64,000 bases of DNA, from contig JAQFVV010000004.1 of assembly GCA_028023455.1 (NCBI GenBank), positions 23,746,001 through 23,810,000 of the forward strand, read 5' to 3'. The stretch's first letter is position 1, and each line of letters starts with the position of its first letter. The position numbers were made by a program, and so were the translations under genes. The notes below the pieces were generated by a model. The model saw nothing but the letters and a program-made list of their open reading frames with translations. It was not told the origin of the DNA and ran no database searches. Source of the stretch: Epiperipatus broadwayi (taxonomy: Eukaryota > Animalia > Onychophora). Positions 61,401 through 64,000 of the stretch are shown piece after piece.

Positions 61401-64000
61401 TTATTTTTATCACTTTAAATCTAAGTTACAGGCTTTCAGCTGTTCTCTAGTTATCTTTTATTTTCTTCTTCTTGCTTTTATTGCTTCTTTCTAAAAAAGA
61501 GAGGTCTGAATAATTTCAGTCTCCATTTCACCATCAATGGACCTGGATTCCTATGTGAGAAGACCAGCAACAATTTTTGAAGATGGTGATATACCAGAAG
61601 TTTAAGAATTTTCATGAAAAGGAATAGAAAATTGTTGAGTAACAGACTGGAGCAAATCTTTGGAACCCTACTGAGTTTTGAACATTTTCACTCCACACTG
61701 TTAGAAAAATCTTGAAGGGCCATCCTTAACAATATGGGTTCTTGCTTTGCAAAAGAAACATTGAAGTGAAACTCCTCTAAAGGTTATTATCAAAGGAGAA
61801 AAATCAATGGTATGAAGAGTTGAAAAGTCAACTGCAAAAGTTCATTTCTTTAATGATGTTATGTTGGTTAACACTGGATCACTACTTTGCACTTGAAGTT
61901 TGATATGGTCCCAAACTTATTAATCAGAAACTGAAAATCTGTATCATTGAATTCAATGGAACACTATTAATTTGATCAGTACGCAACAGATCAATATCAA
62001 TATAACATGACAATTTATTGTTTAAAGAAATAATATTTTTTTAAAAATAAATCTTTTTGAATAGCATTATGGAATTCTACACAGACATATCTATTGTTAG
62101 AGTGCAGCAAAACTTGGTATAAAATGTTCCATAATTATTTTCCAGTAAGAATTGCAGTAAATACTTCTAGTAAAAACTTAGAAAACTCACTTTCTGCATT
62201 TGTAACTGTAATAATGAGCATCTTAGCACTATGAAACTTTTTAAAAGATTTAAGCAAAGCGAGGAGGTACAGGTAAATTATATTTGTTTGTATACTCTTG
62301 ATATAGTTATTAATCAATAATCATATAGTCAGAATTGGATTCATTTATGAATAAAATTTCATTTACATCATTGTTTAGCTGATTAAACACATTATTTTCA
62401 TTGGCTTGCAAACTCTCAATATTTACCTGAGGTCTCGGATTGTGAATTTGCATCGCATTCACGCAACTATTTATTTTCTTTCATTTTGAATTCCTATAAG
62501 AGAGTTAGCATTTGGCAAGTCAGTTCTACTATTTTTACACTTATTTAACATATAATTATTATTTTTAGTAGTAAGTGATTTGCAAAGTCTAGGGTTAGAT
62601 TTAGATGAATTATTTAAATTAATACTACTACGTTACTATTACATTAAGCTGGAAAATCTTTCATGTTATTAATATCACTTGCAAATGAATTAGAAATCAA
62701 ATTTTTTTTACTGCATCCGATGATTTCTCTCTATTAGCTGAAAACTTGGCCTTAGTAGTGTGTAAGTGAGGGTAATCAACAGAATGTAATGGTAATGCAG
62801 ATGCTTCACCATCATTTGAAAGTGAAAAAATTGAATCATCCACAATGGTTGATCTGTCAGAACTACTCATAGTCATTACAAATGAAGAAAAATGTCTTTG
62901 CAGATATTTATTTGTCATTTCAGAGTTTATTAGAAAGTGGGGAGTTTCCAGTTCAATCATTAACAGATCAAACTAACAAACTCCAAGCTTCTTTAACAAA
63001 AAAAAACACACACACATCTTAATACAGGATCAGAAACATAAACAACTTAATCAAATGGGCAACATCTAGTAACACAACCATGATGTTTTACATTTATAAG
63101 AACACTTTTATTCTCTTTTACAGCTTTCTTTGCCAATTTACAATTATATTTTTTTATATCATTATTAAACCTCTTTTTGCATCACTTCATAAAAGTTCAG
63201 ATATTTAATACTACTTAAAGAATCATTTTTAAAATTTTGATATTTCTTCTTTTTCTTCATACATTGTGTTCACTCAGTAAAAAATTTACTACTAAATTGA
63301 TGCTTTTTTGTACCATATATCTTTCTAACAGTTCTTAATAAAATATCACCTATAATTCTTATTGATTTCATTCAAGTCAATATCATTTTTAAAGTCTGTT
63401 AATGTTTTAAAATGATTGGAAAATTCTAATTTAGATGTATATTGGACTATTTCTGAAGGTTAGGGATATCAACTGTTAATGTTACTTAAATACTTTTTGT
63501 CTAATTAGCTTTACATTAATATAAATCTTATTTTCATTGATTGATAATCACTTTCTGTTTGAGTATATTAAGAATATTACAATCTTGAAATATTTATTTT
63601 CTGTTAGTCAAAGTTTGATTGTTTCTATGTCCATTTCCATTAAAAATTATTATTAAAGATATAATTCATAATATATATACTGCAAACTCCACACACCTAT
63701 ATCCTCTATCATTTCTATCAATATAACCACCACAATAAGAACTTGGTGGAGCATAAACATTGAATTATCTGCATTTGATATTTTCCATCTGGCCATTCTG
63801 TTTGATATGCCATCAGCCTCTACAATGTTGTTTCTATTGCTTTATTTATTCACTCCATGTGTCCTGTAAATATTTGTGAATCCAAAGTTTATATTTTCAT
63901 ATGTATTAAATTACTTGAATCAAAGTTATTGACTAATTTTTTTATACTGGCTGTAAGTAATCCTTTAATGGTACGCAATGTTGTTAACCTCATATATTTT

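Larger units (their letters stand above)
57586..62972 (-). pseudogene. Probable unprocessed multi-exon pseudogene (unidentified protein)
   Basis: AG/GT-bounded exon-like segments: 62972-62712 (87 codons, FDLLMIELETPHFL...), 62493-62427 (in-frame TAG), one ending at donor AAA|GTGAGT near 62190, one starting at 58058 (TAA plus frameshift), and 57849-57586 (LASRYNRALINEF... / STNVLNTILLSLYDNKLRMESRGKL..., donor AAG|GTAAAC). Confidence 0.4.

Noticed and set aside
63690-63880. Integrase-like relic (GHME*INKAIETTL...QTEW) on the minus strand
   Set aside because: Similarity too short and interrupted to call by eye.
1-64000. CRISPR arrays, rRNA, prokaryotic operons, organellar inserts
   Set aside because: None seen. 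The repeats lack unique spacers and the content is eukaryotic TE-type.

Overview
Very AT-rich, CpG-depleted eukaryotic (animal-like; species not determinable) DNA dominated by nested mobile elements. The main feature is a full-length but inactivated 13.9-kb Ty3/Gypsy LTR retrotransposon (21584-35475, + strand). It has ~2.8-kb LTRs, a tRNA-Lys PBS offset 21 nt from the LTR, a 3.6-kb leader and gag-PR-RT-RH-INT broken by stops and frameshifts. It is inserted into a decayed LINE-ORF1-like frame that is restored when the element is removed. Also present: two Penelope-like (RT + GIY-YIG) loci, each with an inverted arm interrupted by an RTE LINE; degenerate hammerhead-ribozyme motifs; a 2.1-kb solo LTR with ATAT TSD; further RTE fragments; a decayed hAT transposase; three tRNA-Gly-derived poly(A) retrocopies; tandem repeats; and low-confidence exon chains of decayed host genes. 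No intact host gene could be identified. All alignments and counts were made by eye, so boundaries marked ~ and all counts are approximate.
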